A DNA stretch of 32,000 nt from Thalassolituus hydrocarboniclasticus (GTDB taxonomy: Bacteria > Pseudomonadota > Gammaproteobacteria > Pseudomonadales > Oceanobacteraceae), in NCBI RefSeq assembly GCF_025345565.1, contig NZ_CP054475.1, positions 1,300,448 to 1,332,447 of the forward strand, read 5' to 3'. Below are positions 16,629 to 28,616 of this stretch, piece after piece. The notes under the pieces were generated by a model. It saw only the letters and a list, made by a program, of their open reading frames with translations, did no database searches and was not told the DNA's origin. The position numbers were made by a program, and so were the translations under genes. Position 1 is the first letter of the stretch. The number at the start of each line of letters is the position of its first letter.

Positions 16629-16705
16629 TTATTGCCAGCAGCTGACTGAACCTGGTTTCAACACCACCTGATTTCAGTTAGAGCCGCCAGCAAAGGCGGC
16701 GGTCA

Positions 16706-19052
<2,347 letters not shown>

Positions 19053-19174
19053 CGAACTTTTTAAAATAAGGATGACTGACTATCGTTAAGCGGCAGCAGG
19101 TGAGGTGGGAGGCATGGTACTGCAGATTGGGCGCCGTGCTGGCACCTGCCCCGGATGGGGCAGGCCGATAACGC

Positions 19175-19546
19175 TCAGTCGAGCAGGAACTCCTGCCATT
19201 CGCTGAGCAGTTCTTTAAAGTCGTCGAGGCCACAGGCGGCAAAGGATTCGGCGTCGTAAAACTCCAGATCTTCGCCTTCCAGTTCTTCCAGCGAGTGATC
19301 CTGCAGCAGCACTAAAGCAATTACCTCGGCGTCGTCACGGGTCAGGCGCAGTAAGAAGTCGCGCCCCTGCCACTGAAATTCAGTCTGTTGGCCCTGTTCC
19401 AGACTGCTGACAGCCTGCAACAGACGGCTCAGCTGCTCGGTATCGGCACCCAGTTCGTCGGTGAGCCAGAGGCCAAAGGCTTCGTGGTCCATCGACAGGC
19501 GTGCGCAGGGCAGCTGGCGTTCATTGTAGAAAAAACGGTAATCCAT
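19175..19546 (-). CDS. yacL: UPF0231 family protein, YacL-like, 123 aa
   Basis: It aligns by eye with E. coli YacL: MDY.F at the start, SM.HE..G.W, and C-terminal YD.ES...CG.DDF. Confidence 0.75.
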   Translation of the reverse strand: MDYRFFYNERQLPCARLSMDHEAFGLWLTDELGADTEQLSRLLQAVSSLEQGQQTEFQWQGRDFLLRLTRDDAEVIALVLLQDHSLEELEGEDLEFYDAESFAACGLDDFKELLSEWQEFLLD

Positions 19547-19563
19547 AAAGGGTCTTCGTGTGG

Positions 19564-20226
19564 TCAGTCGTTGTCGTCACTCAGGTCGGCGCCAGCCAGC
19601 GGCCAGCCGCCCAGATCTTTGTAACGATTGATAATAAAGCAGAACAGTTCGGCGGTTTTGTAGGTGTCGTAAGCGGCACTATGCGCAGCACTGTTGTCAA
19701 AATCGATACCGGCCATTTTGCACGACTTGGCCAGCACGGTATGACCGAGGGCCAGCGCGGCAATGGAGGCGGTATCGAACGACGAAAACGGGTGGAACGG
19801 ATCGCGCTTGATATCGTTGCGGGCAACCGCGGCACGCAGAAAACCATGATCGAAGTGGGCGTTATGGCCGACCAGCACGGCGCGGTTGCAGCCGTTGGCT
19901 TTGATCTCACGGCGTACGGTCTGGAACATGGCGGTCAGGGCGTCGATCTCAAATTCGGCATCGCGCTCGGGGTCGAACGGATCGATGCCGGTAAAATCGA
20001 GGGCTTCCTGCTGCAGGTTGGCGCCATCAAAGGGGTGAATATTGGCGCTCAGGGTTTCATTCGGATGCAGATAGCCATCCTCATCCATGCGCAGTGTGAC
20101 CATGGCGATTTCCAGCAAGGCGTCGGTTTCGGCATCGAAGCCGCCGGTTTCAACATCGACAACCACGGGTAAAAATCCGCGGAAGCGCTGTGCCATCATG
20201 GTTTTTTCCTGTTTCTCTTCACTCAC
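19564..20226 (-). CDS. rnt: Ribonuclease T (DEDDh 3'-5' exoribonuclease), 220 aa
   Basis: [28 protein letters not shown] and NAHFDHGFL ... HSAAYDT closely parallel E. coli RNase T. Conserved position after pyrC. Confidence 0.93.
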   Translation of the reverse strand: MSEEKQEKTMMAQRFRGFLPVVVDVETGGFDAETDALLEIAMVTLRMDEDGYLHPNETLSANIHPFDGANLQQEALDFTGIDPFDPERDAEFEIDALTAMFQTVRREIKANGCNRAVLVGHNAHFDHGFLRAAVARNDIKRDPFHPFSSFDTASIAALALGHTVLAKSCKMAGIDFDNSAAHSAAYDTYKTAELFCFIINRYKDLGGWPLAGADLSDDND

Positions 20227-20228
20227 CC

Positions 20229-21275
20229 TCAGTACTCCAGTTTCCAGCGCAGGGTTTCGCCGGCACGCAGCGGCACAATAACATCTTTGCCAAACGGCAG
20301 TTCGGCCGGCGCCTGCCAGTCTTGTTTGATCAGGGTAATTTCGTCGCTGTTACGCGCCAGACCGTAGAAGTCCGGGCCGTAATGGCTGGCAAAGCCTTCC
20401 AGCTTATCCAGCGCGCCGAGGTCTTCGAAGATTTCGGCATACAGCTCAATGGCGGCGTAGGCGGTAAAACAGCCGGCACAACCACAGGCGTTTTCTTTGG
20501 CGCCTTTGGCGTGTGGCGCACTGTCGGTGCCGAGGAAGAATTTGCTGTTGCCGCTGGCGACCACATCCTGCAGCGCCTGCTGGTGGATATTGCGCTTCAG
20601 AATCGGCAGGCAGTAGAAGTGCGGCTTAATTCCGCCAACCAGCATGTGGTTACGGTTGTAGGCCAGATGCTGCACGGTGATGGTGGCGGCAACGTTTTCG
20701 CCCTGGCTTTGTACAAACTCGGCAGCGTCTTTGGTGGTGATGTGCTCGACCACTACTTTCAGGGTTGGATGACGGCTGACCAGCGGTGCCAGAATGGTGT
20801 CGAGGAATTCTTTTTCGCGGTCAAAGATGTCGATGTGGTTCTGGGTGACTTCACCATGCACCAGCAGCGGCATGCCGTTTTCGGCCAGTGCAGCGGCGAT
20901 ATCATCGAGCTTGCCTAGATCGGTAACACCGGAAGCGGAGTTAGTGGTCGCTCCGGCCGGATACAGCTTAACGGCTACAATGTTACCGGCTGCCTTGGCT
21001 TCAGCAATCATTTCCGGGGTGGTATTGTCGGTTAAGTACAGCACCATCAGCGGGTTGAAGTTCAGGCCCTGCGGCACGCGCGACAGAATACGGTCGCGGT
21101 ATTCCAGCGCCTGTTCGGCATTCATTACCGGTGGCTGCAGGTTGGGCATGATGATGGCGCGGCCCATCACCCGGGCGGTGGCAGGCACTGTATGTTGCAG
21201 CACGGCGCCATCGCGTACGTGCAGGTGCCAGTCGTCGGGGCGGGTAATGGTCAAACGGTCAGTCATGCTCTTCAA
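20229..21275 (-). CDS. pyrC: Dihydroorotase (PyrC-type), 348 aa. The start may instead be the MTDRL Met at 21266.
   Basis: N-terminal [12 protein letters not shown] metal motif. Length and context (rnt downstream, motY/argG adjacent). Confidence 0.93.
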   Translation of the reverse strand: MKSMTDRLTITRPDDWHLHVRDGAVLQHTVPATARVMGRAIIMPNLQPPVMNAEQALEYRDRILSRVPQGLNFNPLMVLYLTDNTTPEMIAEAKAAGNIVAVKLYPAGATTNSASGVTDLGKLDDIAAALAENGMPLLVHGEVTQNHIDIFDREKEFLDTILAPLVSRHPTLKVVVEHITTKDAAEFVQSQGENVAATITVQHLAYNRNHMLVGGIKPHFYCLPILKRNIHQQALQDVVASGNSKFFLGTDSAPHAKGAKENACGCAGCFTAYAAIELYAEIFEDLGALDKLEGFASHYGPDFYGLARNSDEITLIKQDWQAPAELPFGKDVIVPLRAGETLRWKLEY

Positions 21276-21387
21276 CCTTCAGCTAAAATTGATGGGGCAT
21301 TGTACCGAAAGCGGCCTTTAACCGCTTAATTTTTCTCGGAATTGGCCGATAACTCACTAAAGCCCCGAATTTAACAGCCTCAACCGG

Positions 21388-22326
21388 ATGTCTATGCACA
21401 AACTAATAGCCTTAAGCTGCATGTTGCTCAGCGCTTTCTGCCAGGCGGATGCGGCGCTGGACTACGGCGGTGACATTGAAACCACCGACTGGTCGGTCAG
21501 TGGTTCGGTATTTGAGTGCCGTTTTGAGCAGACGCTGGCCGGTTATGGCCGCGCGGTGTTCTATCACGAGGCCGGCGAAGACGTTACCTTTCAGCTCGAA
21601 ACCCTGAAGAACCTGATGTCGTACAGTCAGGCACAGGTCAGTATTTTGCCGCCGCCCTGGCAGCCGGGGGCCAAAAGCGAAAATCTGGGTGTGGCGCGGA
21701 TTGTAAAAGACACGCCGAACCTGAGCCTGGATGCTACCCGCACCAATCAGTTTTTACATGCATTGCTGGAAGGTAAATGGCCGGCCATCAGCCATAAAAC
21801 CTATTACGACAAAAACCGCTTTGTAAAAGTGCATCTGTCGGCGGTGTCGTTCCCGCAGTTTTATCAGGATTATCTGGAGTGTGTGAAGCAGCTGTTACCG
21901 GTAAATTACCGGCAGGTGGCACGCTCGAAGGTGCTGTTTGCCAGTGGTGAAGATCAGATTGACGCCACCGATATCAAAGTGCTCGATCGCATTATTTTCT
22001 ATATCAAAAACGATCCGCGCATTTTTGCGGTGTATCTGGATGGCCATTCCGACAACATTGGCCGCCGTTACGATAACCGCCAGACCTCGAAGGCACGGGT
22101 TGAAGATGTGGAGCGTTACTTTATCAAGCAGGGCATCGATCCTGAGATGGTGACCACCCGTTTTCATGGTGACCGTTATCCGGTTGCCAGCAATAAAACC
22201 GCCGCCGGACGCGCCGAAAACCGCCGTGTGACCATCCGCATCGAACAGCGGGAAGATATGCCGATACCGGATAATCTGCTGTTTAAGCCTAAAGTCCGCA
22301 CCCAGACCACCGCCAGCGGCGACTGA
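21388..22326 (+). CDS. motY: Flagellar stator-associated protein MotY (OmpA-like C-terminal domain), 312 aa
   Basis: Signal peptide. C-terminal OmpA/peptidoglycan-binding domain ([23 protein letters not shown] ... NRRVTI). The position between pyrC and argG is the same as motY in Pseudomonas, from memory. Confidence 0.7.
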   Translation: MSMHKLIALSCMLLSAFCQADAALDYGGDIETTDWSVSGSVFECRFEQTLAGYGRAVFYHEAGEDVTFQLETLKNLMSYSQAQVSILPPPWQPGAKSENLGVARIVKDTPNLSLDATRTNQFLHALLEGKWPAISHKTYYDKNRFVKVHLSAVSFPQFYQDYLECVKQLLPVNYRQVARSKVLFASGEDQIDATDIKVLDRIIFYIKNDPRIFAVYLDGHSDNIGRRYDNRQTSKARVEDVERYFIKQGIDPEMVTTRFHGDRYPVASNKTAAGRAENRRVTIRIEQREDMPIPDNLLFKPKVRTQTTASGD

Positions 22327-22486
22327 TACCCGCCGCGCTTTCTTTACTGCTCTTTTTTTGTCCTTTGGGTACGCCTGTTGGCTATCCCGTGCACAATCAG
22401 TACAATACCGCCCCTTTCATTATTGCTATCCGCCGGAGCGGGCTGTTTGCCCCCTGTGCGGCCAATCATCATCCTGGAGAATACCC

Positions 22487-23707
22487 ATGTCAGACATCAA
22501 GAAAGTGGTGCTGGCCTATTCAGGTGGTCTGGATACGTCCGTGATCGCCAAATGGCTGCAAGAAGAATACAAATGTGAAGTCGTAACCTTTACTGCTGAC
22601 CTGGGCCAGGGCGAAGAAGTTGAACCAGCGCGCGCTAAAGCAGAAGCACTGGGCATCAAAGAAATCTTTATCGATGACCTGCGTGAAGAGTTTGCCCGTG
22701 ACTTCGTATTCCCGATGTTCCGCGCCAACACCATTTACGAAGGCGAATACCTGCTGGGCACCTCGATTGCCCGTCCGCTGATCGCCAAGCGTCTGATTGA
22801 AATTGCCAACGCTACCGGCGCTGATGCCATTGCTCACGGTGCGACCGGTAAAGGTAACGACCAGGTGCGTTTCGAACTGGGTGCCTACGCCCTGAAGCCA
22901 GGCGTAAAAGTAATTGCTCCATGGCGTGAATGGGATCTGACCTCCCGTGAAACCCTGATGGCGTACTGCGACAAGCACGACATTAAAGTTGAGAAAAAAG
23001 CCGGTAAGAAATCTCCGTATTCTATGGACGCGAACCTGCTGCACATCTCTTACGAAGGCGACATCCTGGAAGACCCATGGAATGAGCCGGAAGAAGATAT
23101 GTGGCTGTGGTCTGTGTCTCCGGAAAATGCTCCGGACGAAGCGGCTTACATCACCATCAGCTTCAAAAACGGTGACCCGGTTGCCATCGATGGCGTGGAA
23201 AAATCTCCGGCCACCATTATGGAAGAGCTGAACAAGCTGGCCGGTGCTCACGGCGTGGGTCGTGTGGATATCGTAGAAAACCGTTACGTTGGCATGAAAG
23301 CCCGTGGCTGTTACGAAACTCCGGCCGGTACTGTACTGCTGAAAGCACACCGTGCGATCGAATCCATCACTCTGGATCGTGAAGCGGCGCACCTGAAAGA
23401 CGAACTGATGCCACGTTACGCCAAGCTGATCTACAACGGTTACTGGTGGAGCCCGGAGCGCAAAATGCTGCAGGCGGCTATCGACGAAACCCAGAAAGTT
23501 GTTAACGGCGATGTGCGCGTAAAACTGTATAAAGGCAACGTGATTGTGGTTGGCCGTCGTTCAGAAGATACTCTGTTCGATGAGAAAATCGCCACTTTCG
23601 AAGACGATGCAGGTGCTTACGACCAGAAAGATGCGGCCGGCTTTATTAAGCTGAACGCTCTGCGTCTGCGCACTGCTGCGAAAAAAGGCCGCAGCTTCCT
23701 GGATTAA
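22487..23707 (+). CDS. argG: Argininosuccinate synthase, 406 aa
   Basis: ATP motif AYSGGLDTS, plus [16 protein letters not shown] and [13 protein letters not shown]. Start set at MSDIKK (ATG 22487) after TGGAGA. Confidence 0.97.
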   Translation: MSDIKKVVLAYSGGLDTSVIAKWLQEEYKCEVVTFTADLGQGEEVEPARAKAEALGIKEIFIDDLREEFARDFVFPMFRANTIYEGEYLLGTSIARPLIAKRLIEIANATGADAIAHGATGKGNDQVRFELGAYALKPGVKVIAPWREWDLTSRETLMAYCDKHDIKVEKKAGKKSPYSMDANLLHISYEGDILEDPWNEPEEDMWLWSVSPENAPDEAAYITISFKNGDPVAIDGVEKSPATIMEELNKLAGAHGVGRVDIVENRYVGMKARGCYETPAGTVLLKAHRAIESITLDREAAHLKDELMPRYAKLIYNGYWWSPERKMLQAAIDETQKVVNGDVRVKLYKGNVIVVGRRSEDTLFDEKIATFEDDAGAYDQKDAAGFIKLNALRLRTAAKKGRSFLD

Positions 23708-23736
23708 TTCCGGCGCTGTTGTTTTTCGCACAAAAA

Positions 23737-23762
23737 GAACCCGCTACGGCGGGTTTTTTTAT
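23737..23762 (+). terminator. Rho-independent terminator of argG
   Basis: GAACCCGC-TACG-GCGGGTT followed by a T8 tract. Confidence 0.85.
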
Positions 23763-23902
23763 ACCTGTTTCAGAACCGCCCGGCCTGTTGCTGGCGATTT
23801 TATGTGGTAATAAATCCCTTGTTTGCTGACGATCAGGCTGATAGGTTTGTTTTTAGCGTGGTGTCTTATTGATGATGGCGCTGCATGTCATGAAATGGCT
23901 GT

Positions 23903-24118
23903 TTGTTAAGGATAACAATGTCGGTATTTTTCAGCGGGATAGCACAGTTACGGCCGTCTTTTTTTCTGCCGGGTATTTATAATTTTCTGCAGCGGATATT
24001 TCTGGCGCTGATGCTGTTGTGGCTGAGTGGCTGCACCGCCAATGTGTATTTTCACCCGCCGGAAGACATCTACTTGGTGCAACCGGAGGTGAGGCTGAAA
24101 CAGGATCGTCAGCCCTAA
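23903..24118 (+). CDS. Possible small lipoprotein, 71 aa (weak call)
   Basis: Lipobox-like LWLSGC after a hydrophobic stretch. No family recognised. Its end overlaps the convergent FUSC-like gene stop by 4 nt. Confidence 0.3.
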   Translation: MLRITMSVFFSGIAQLRPSFFLPGIYNFLQRIFLALMLLWLSGCTANVYFHPPEDIYLVQPEVRLKQDRQP

Positions 24119-25191
24119 TCACGGGATGGGCTGATACGACCCAGATAACGGGGATGATGAATCAGCCAGCCACCAATAAGACCAATCAGACTACCCAGTA
24201 AAATATCACTGAAGCGTGCCAGCATCAGCGTACTCAGTGGACTTTGCAATGCGGTAACTTCGGCAAAAAGCAGTGTTAGTGGTGTAATAAATAACATGGC
24301 AATGCCGTAATTACGCACTACCAGAACCTCAATCGCAAAACTCAGCAAACCAATAATCAGCACCAGCATCCAACTGTTGGGCTGCAGGGCAAAAATCAGC
24401 CAGGCGATACCTAATCCCAGTGCGGTGCCGACGACGCGGTGTATTTTCCGCTGCCATACCAAACGAAAGCTGGCACCCTGCATAATCGCGGCGCAGGAGA
24501 TGGGCACCCAGTACGGATTATGTAATTGCAGTGCGCTGGCTAATAACGATGCCGCCGCGACAAAAACAGCAATAAGGCTGGCTTCGGCCAGTATCTGACG
24601 GGCCGGAGTTGTGTTGCGGGTTGGTGCTGTTGTTTCTGCTGGCAGCAGCAGGCTGTACAGCAGGGCCAGTATGCAGGCGCCTGCACTGCCAAGGCCAACG
24701 AACATCAGCCTTTGTGGAATCTGTTCCGGTTCATGGGGCAGGACGCTTGCCAGTGCGGCAACCAGAATAAAAAAGAAACTGCCCGGCGGTGGCATATTCA
24801 GGCGGCGTGTTACATAAGTACTGACGGTGGTGATGATCAACAGCATCAGGGCGGCGCTCAGGGGGCCTGCACTGCCGAGGCTGGCAAGCAGAAAACTGAG
24901 CTGGAAGCCAAGTGTGCAGGCCAGCAGAGTCAGTAAACGCCGGCGTAATCCGGCGGCGGGTAAGTACAGAATAACCAGCGCACCAACACAGCCGAGAATG
25001 CCGGATTTTATATCGCCATACAGTACACCGGCTAATGCCGGCAGTGCCGAACAGCACGCCACCAGTAAGGGTAAATGCCACGGCCGGGTGGTCGGATTAA
25101 GGTGCAGCAGGGCACGTATTTCCTGTTTTATGATGGGCCAGCGCGAGGAAGGCTGTGGCGAGGGCGGCATAGATTCAACCTGAGCATGCAA
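24115..25191 (-). CDS. Integral membrane protein, FUSC / aromatic-acid-exporter-like family, 358 aa
   Basis: About 10 predicted TM helices over the whole length. The family call is from overall look only (short FUSC-type proteins). Confidence 0.55.
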   Translation of the reverse strand: MHAQVESMPPSPQPSSRWPIIKQEIRALLHLNPTTRPWHLPLLVACCSALPALAGVLYGDIKSGILGCVGALVILYLPAAGLRRRLLTLLACTLGFQLSFLLASLGSAGPLSAALMLLIITTVSTYVTRRLNMPPPGSFFFILVAALASVLPHEPEQIPQRLMFVGLGSAGACILALLYSLLLPAETTAPTRNTTPARQILAEASLIAVFVAAASLLASALQLHNPYWVPISCAAIMQGASFRLVWQRKIHRVVGTALGLGIAWLIFALQPNSWMLVLIIGLLSFAIEVLVVRNYGIAMLFITPLTLLFAEVTALQSPLSTLMLARFSDILLGSLIGLIGGWLIHHPRYLGRISPSRD

Positions 25192-25216
25192 AGGTCTATG
25201 ATACGGCGATGAGTTA

Positions 25217-25513
25217 TTGGCTTACAGAGGTTTTATGTCGTCTTCAGTGGACAATCATGCCAGCGTTCCGAATGCTGAAAAGTCTTCAGGTGCTGGTGAT
25301 GAACAGTGTTGTCCGTTATGCGGTGGACAAAACCAGTGTGCGGTTGCTGCAGGTACCGAGCCGTCGGCTTGCTGGTGTTTCAGCAGCGGGGTGAGTATCC
25401 GTGAATTGCTGCGTCAGCGGCCGGATCTGGAGGAGCATTACTCCAGACAAACATCCTGCATCTGTTCGGCCTGCGTTTCCCGGCTTATGTCGGAGCAGGC
25501 GTGTATACCATAA
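25217..25513 (+). CDS. Cysteine-rich CWC family protein, 98 aa or less (alternative start Met at 25235)
   Basis: Cys pattern CPLCGGQNQC ... CWC ... CICSAC matches the CWC small-protein family as I remember it. Confidence 0.65.
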   Translation: MAYRGFMSSSVDNHASVPNAEKSSGAGDEQCCPLCGGQNQCAVAAGTEPSACWCFSSGVSIRELLRQRPDLEEHYSRQTSCICSACVSRLMSEQACIP

Positions 25514-26313
25514 GGGCGGAACAGCTCCAGCAGTTTACCGTTGCTTTTTAACTCATCCATAAAGCGATTAATTTCCTGCGTGCCGGGATTAAAGCCGGGG
25601 CGGATTAAAGCGGAATGCTGATAACGCTGGTCGTAGCGTTCGGATATCAGGAATTCATCACGGGCCTGTGGATTTTCGTTAAAAAAACGATGCAGAAATG
25701 CTTTGCTCATCACGGCAATATCACCGTGGCGCTCTCGCAGTAATGACAGATTTTTTTCGTTGGTCCAGGACAGAATCATCTGAAAATTCTGCCGCAGAAA
25801 CTGCTCGTCGGCATTAAAACCGGCGAAGCCGTAATGAAAACCAAGGATGCCAATCATGCGTTTGTTGCTGAGATCGTCAAAGTACTGCTGATCGCGGTTT
25901 TTCTCTGCCAGTGCAACATAGACTTCGCCATCGGTCTGATAGGGACGGGAAATTTCGACCGGAATCCCCTGCCAGCCCCAGGCCGGATTCTCAAAAAAGA
26001 TAATGTCGTAATCGCCCATGACAAAGGCCTGATAACGGCGCTTGGGCGAAATGGGTACAGGCACAAACCTATACTGTTGCTGGTGCGCGTTCAGCAAATC
26101 AATCAGGCTGATGGCAATGCCATAGTATTCGCCTTCTTCGTTTTGTTCGACGTAAGGCGGATACGGGTAGATCCCCACTTTAACCTGAGCTTCCGGCTGT
26201 GCTGAGGCAAGCAGCTGCGGAGACAGTAAACACAGGGCCAGCCAAAGCATGATGCGGCGGCTGGCACTGATCTGTCGGAAGGGGGATGTTACTTTGTAAG
26301 ATTGCTTAACCAA
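25438..26313 (-). CDS. Periplasmic substrate-binding protein, family-3 (amino-acid type) fold, orphan, 291 aa (alternative start MLWLAL at 26250)
   Basis: Signal peptide LWLALCLLSPQLLASA. VKVGIYPYPPYVEQNEEGEYYGIAISLIDLL is typical of PBP type-2 / SBP_bac_3 N-termini. No adjacent permease or ATPase. Confidence 0.6.
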   Translation of the reverse strand: MVKQSYKVTSPFRQISASRRIMLWLALCLLSPQLLASAQPEAQVKVGIYPYPPYVEQNEEGEYYGIAISLIDLLNAHQQQYRFVPVPISPKRRYQAFVMGDYDIIFFENPAWGWQGIPVEISRPYQTDGEVYVALAEKNRDQQYFDDLSNKRMIGILGFHYGFAGFNADEQFLRQNFQMILSWTNEKNLSLLRERHGDIAVMSKAFLHRFFNENPQARDEFLISERYDQRYQHSALIRPGFNPGTQEINRFMDELKSNGKLLELFRPYGIHACSDISRETQAEQMQDVCLE

Positions 26314-26512
26314 GTCCTTGGCCTCTTTTGTATAAGCATTGTATACAGAGTAGTCCTGTGTCCTGAGCTTGAAAAGATTTTACTCATCAGGCTCCGGAGC
26401 TGTTCACACTAATTTAACGGGCCCGGCTTGGGGGCGGCTCTGAGCGCTGTTATAGTCCGGCCTCATTGTTGCAACTTATTGCTCAGATTCCTTGTTCTGA
26501 TGCCTACGCAGG

Positions 26513-27070
26513 ATGCCTGGTATGACCGACTCATCTCCGCAGACGCTTTATCCACATGCCGATCAGGCGGCGGAATTACCGTCGACCCTCAGGTTGATTG
26601 ACAGTTTGCGCCTTAATGCCCAGCTGGGTAAGAACAGCCACTTTTACGCCTCGCTGAAGCGCCGTAACCTGCACATTCTCTGTGGTGTCCCGGTGGTGAT
26701 TATTAACCTGATTCTGGGGTCGGTATTTTTTGCTCTGTTGCAGGCGGAGTTACCGGACTGGGGCAAATGGCTCAGTGCTGGTCTGGCATTACTGGCAGCC
26801 GCTCTGGGTGGTGTGCAGACCTTTTTTGATTTTAAGAAAAACTGTGCCGGTCATCGCGAAGTTGGTAACGATTATCTGGAGCTGGCGCGTGAGTGTGAGC
26901 GCCTGCTGGCACTGTACGATGATGAGCTGATGAATCTGCAGCAGCTGGCGGTGGAGCTGCGCCGGCTGAATAAGGAATACGCCGAGATTAACGAACGGGC
27001 CGAGATGTTTATTGTGTCACCGCGTGAGTATGAATACGCCCGTCAGCGCTTACAGGCACGGACACAATAG
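26513..27070 (+). CDS. SLATT-like two-TM protein (SMODS/SLOG-associated 2TM effector superfamily, DUF4231 clan), 185 aa (start at 26513 or 26522)
   Basis: An N-terminal amphipathic helix (RLNAQLGKNSHFYASLKRRN), two closely spaced TM helices (ILCGVPVVIINLILGSVFFALL and LSAGLALLAAALGGVQTFF), then a helical tail with H....Y..L.RE spacing (GHREVGNDYLELARECERLL). Assignment is by architecture and memory, not by a search. Confidence 0.5.
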   Translation: MPGMTDSSPQTLYPHADQAAELPSTLRLIDSLRLNAQLGKNSHFYASLKRRNLHILCGVPVVIINLILGSVFFALLQAELPDWGKWLSAGLALLAAALGGVQTFFDFKKNCAGHREVGNDYLELARECERLLALYDDELMNLQQLAVELRRLNKEYAEINERAEMFIVSPREYEYARQRLQARTQ

Positions 27071-27082
27071 CGCGGAGCCATC

Positions 27083-27104
27083 CCGGCAGCTGCTCTGCTG
27101 CCGG
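27083..27104 (+). other. Stem-loop between the SLATT-like gene and the amidase gene
   Basis: CCGGCAGC-TGCTCT-GCTGCCGG is a perfect 8-bp stem with no U-tract after it. Confidence 0.45.
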
Positions 27105-27137
27105 AGTCTGAAACTACATAATAATAAGGACGACAGC

Positions 27138-28616
27138 ATGCCAACCGATTGGGCTTATCAGAGTGCCACCCGCTTACTGGCGGCAATGGCCGCCGGACAG
27201 TTAAGCAGCCGCGACTTGCTCGAATATTACCGCCAGCGGATTGAACGCCATAACCCGCAGCTTAATGCGGTGGTGGCTACCGCGTTTGATGCCGCGTTCC
27301 GCCGCGCCGATGAGGCCGACAATGCGCGCCGTGAAGGTGTGTCCTGGGGACCGCTGCACGGTCTGCCGATCACCATTAAAGATACCTTCGAAGTGCAGGG
27401 GATGCCCTGTGTGGCCGGCGCACCGGCACTGGCTGGACACCGGCCGGGCAGTAATGCCTTTGCGGTGCAGCGCCTGCTGGATGCCGGCGCCATTATTTTC
27501 GGTAAAACCAATGTGCCGCTCTATGCCGGCGATATTCAGAGCTACAACAAGGTGTACGGCTCGACCAATAATCCCTGGGATAAAAGCCGCACGCCGGGTG
27601 GCTCGTCCGGCGGTGCCGCCGCAGCACTGGCCGCGGGCTTTACCGCACTGGAGCTGGGCTCGGATATCGGTGGCTCGATCCGTACACCGGCACACTTCTG
27701 TGGTGTGTTCGGTCATAAAGTGACCTACGGCATTGTCTCCAGTCGTGGCCATATTCCGGGGCCGCCGGGCATGCTGAGTGAACCGGATCTGGCGGTTCCC
27801 GGTCCGCTGGCGCGCAGTGCCGAAGATCTGGATCTGGCACTGCAGGTGGTGGCCGCCCCCGGCCCTCTGATGTCGGAGCACTGGTCACTCACATTGCCGG
27901 CACCACGGGCAACGCAACTGCAGGATTGTCGCGTGTTGCTGTGGCTGGATGATCCGCTCTGTCCGCTGGATGAAACCCTGAAGCCGGTGTATGACGGCCT
28001 GTATCAGCAGCTGCAGCAAGCGGGCGCGAAAGTGACGTACGGCGCTCCTGAAGGAATCTCACTGAGCCGCTTCTTTCCGGTGTATATGAGCCTGCTGGGC
28101 TCGGTGCTGGGCTCCGGCATGAAGCCCGGCCAGCGGCGCATGATGCGCCTGATGGGCGGCATGGCCAAACGTTTTGGCCGCTGGCTGAAAAGCGGCGCTT
28201 ATGGTGATGAGTTTTTGCTGGGTATGGGCCAGAGCCATGCCGACTGGGTAAGACGCAGTGAAGAGCGTCATCGCCTGACCGACTCTTTCAGCAAGCTGTT
28301 TGACGACTACGATGTGGTGCTGACGCCGGTGGCGATGACGGCGGCTTTCCGCCATTTACAGGATGTCCCGATTCAGGTGCGCAAACTGGATGTGAATGGT
28401 GAACGGCGTAACTACTCCGATATGTTTATGTGGATTGCACCGGCCACCCTGATGGGGCTGCCCGCGACCAGCGCTCCGATCGGTCAGACCGCCGCTGGTC
28501 TGCCGGTTGGTATTCAGATTCTGGGGCGCCGCTACGATGACCGTACGACCATTGAGTTTGCGCGGCTGCTGGAACAGGCCGGTATGAAGTTCCGTGCACC
28601 GCCGGGGCTGAGCTGA
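27138..28616 (+). CDS. Amidase-signature (AS) family amidase, 492 aa
   Basis: AS motif GGSSGGAAAALAAGFTALELGSDIGGSIRTPA. Catalytic Lys context ITIKDTF. Start at MPTDW (ATG 27138) after AAGGA. Confidence 0.9.
   Translation: MPTDWAYQSATRLLAAMAAGQLSSRDLLEYYRQRIERHNPQLNAVVATAFDAAFRRADEADNARREGVSWGPLHGLPITIKDTFEVQGMPCVAGAPALAGHRPGSNAFAVQRLLDAGAIIFGKTNVPLYAGDIQSYNKVYGSTNNPWDKSRTPGGSSGGAAAALAAGFTALELGSDIGGSIRTPAHFCGVFGHKVTYGIVSSRGHIPGPPGMLSEPDLAVPGPLARSAEDLDLALQVVAAPGPLMSEHWSLTLPAPRATQLQDCRVLLWLDDPLCPLDETLKPVYDGLYQQLQQAGAKVTYGAPEGISLSRFFPVYMSLLGSVLGSGMKPGQRRMMRLMGGMAKRFGRWLKSGAYGDEFLLGMGQSHADWVRRSEERHRLTDSFSKLFDDYDVVLTPVAMTAAFRHLQDVPIQVRKLDVNGERRNYSDMFMWIAPATLMGLPATSAPIGQTAAGLPVGIQILGRRYDDRTTIEFARLLEQAGMKFRAPPGLS

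Noticed and set aside
19558-20918. Long antisense ORFs inside real genes, including 19558-20172 (+), 20190-20918 (+), 22520-23392 (-), 27201-27881 (-), 28532-29182 (-) and many shorter ones
   Set aside because: These are mirror-frame ORFs typical of GC-rich coding DNA. Their composition is Arg/Gly/Ala/His-rich, they have no motifs, and each is fully contained in a gene with strong family signatures on the other strand.
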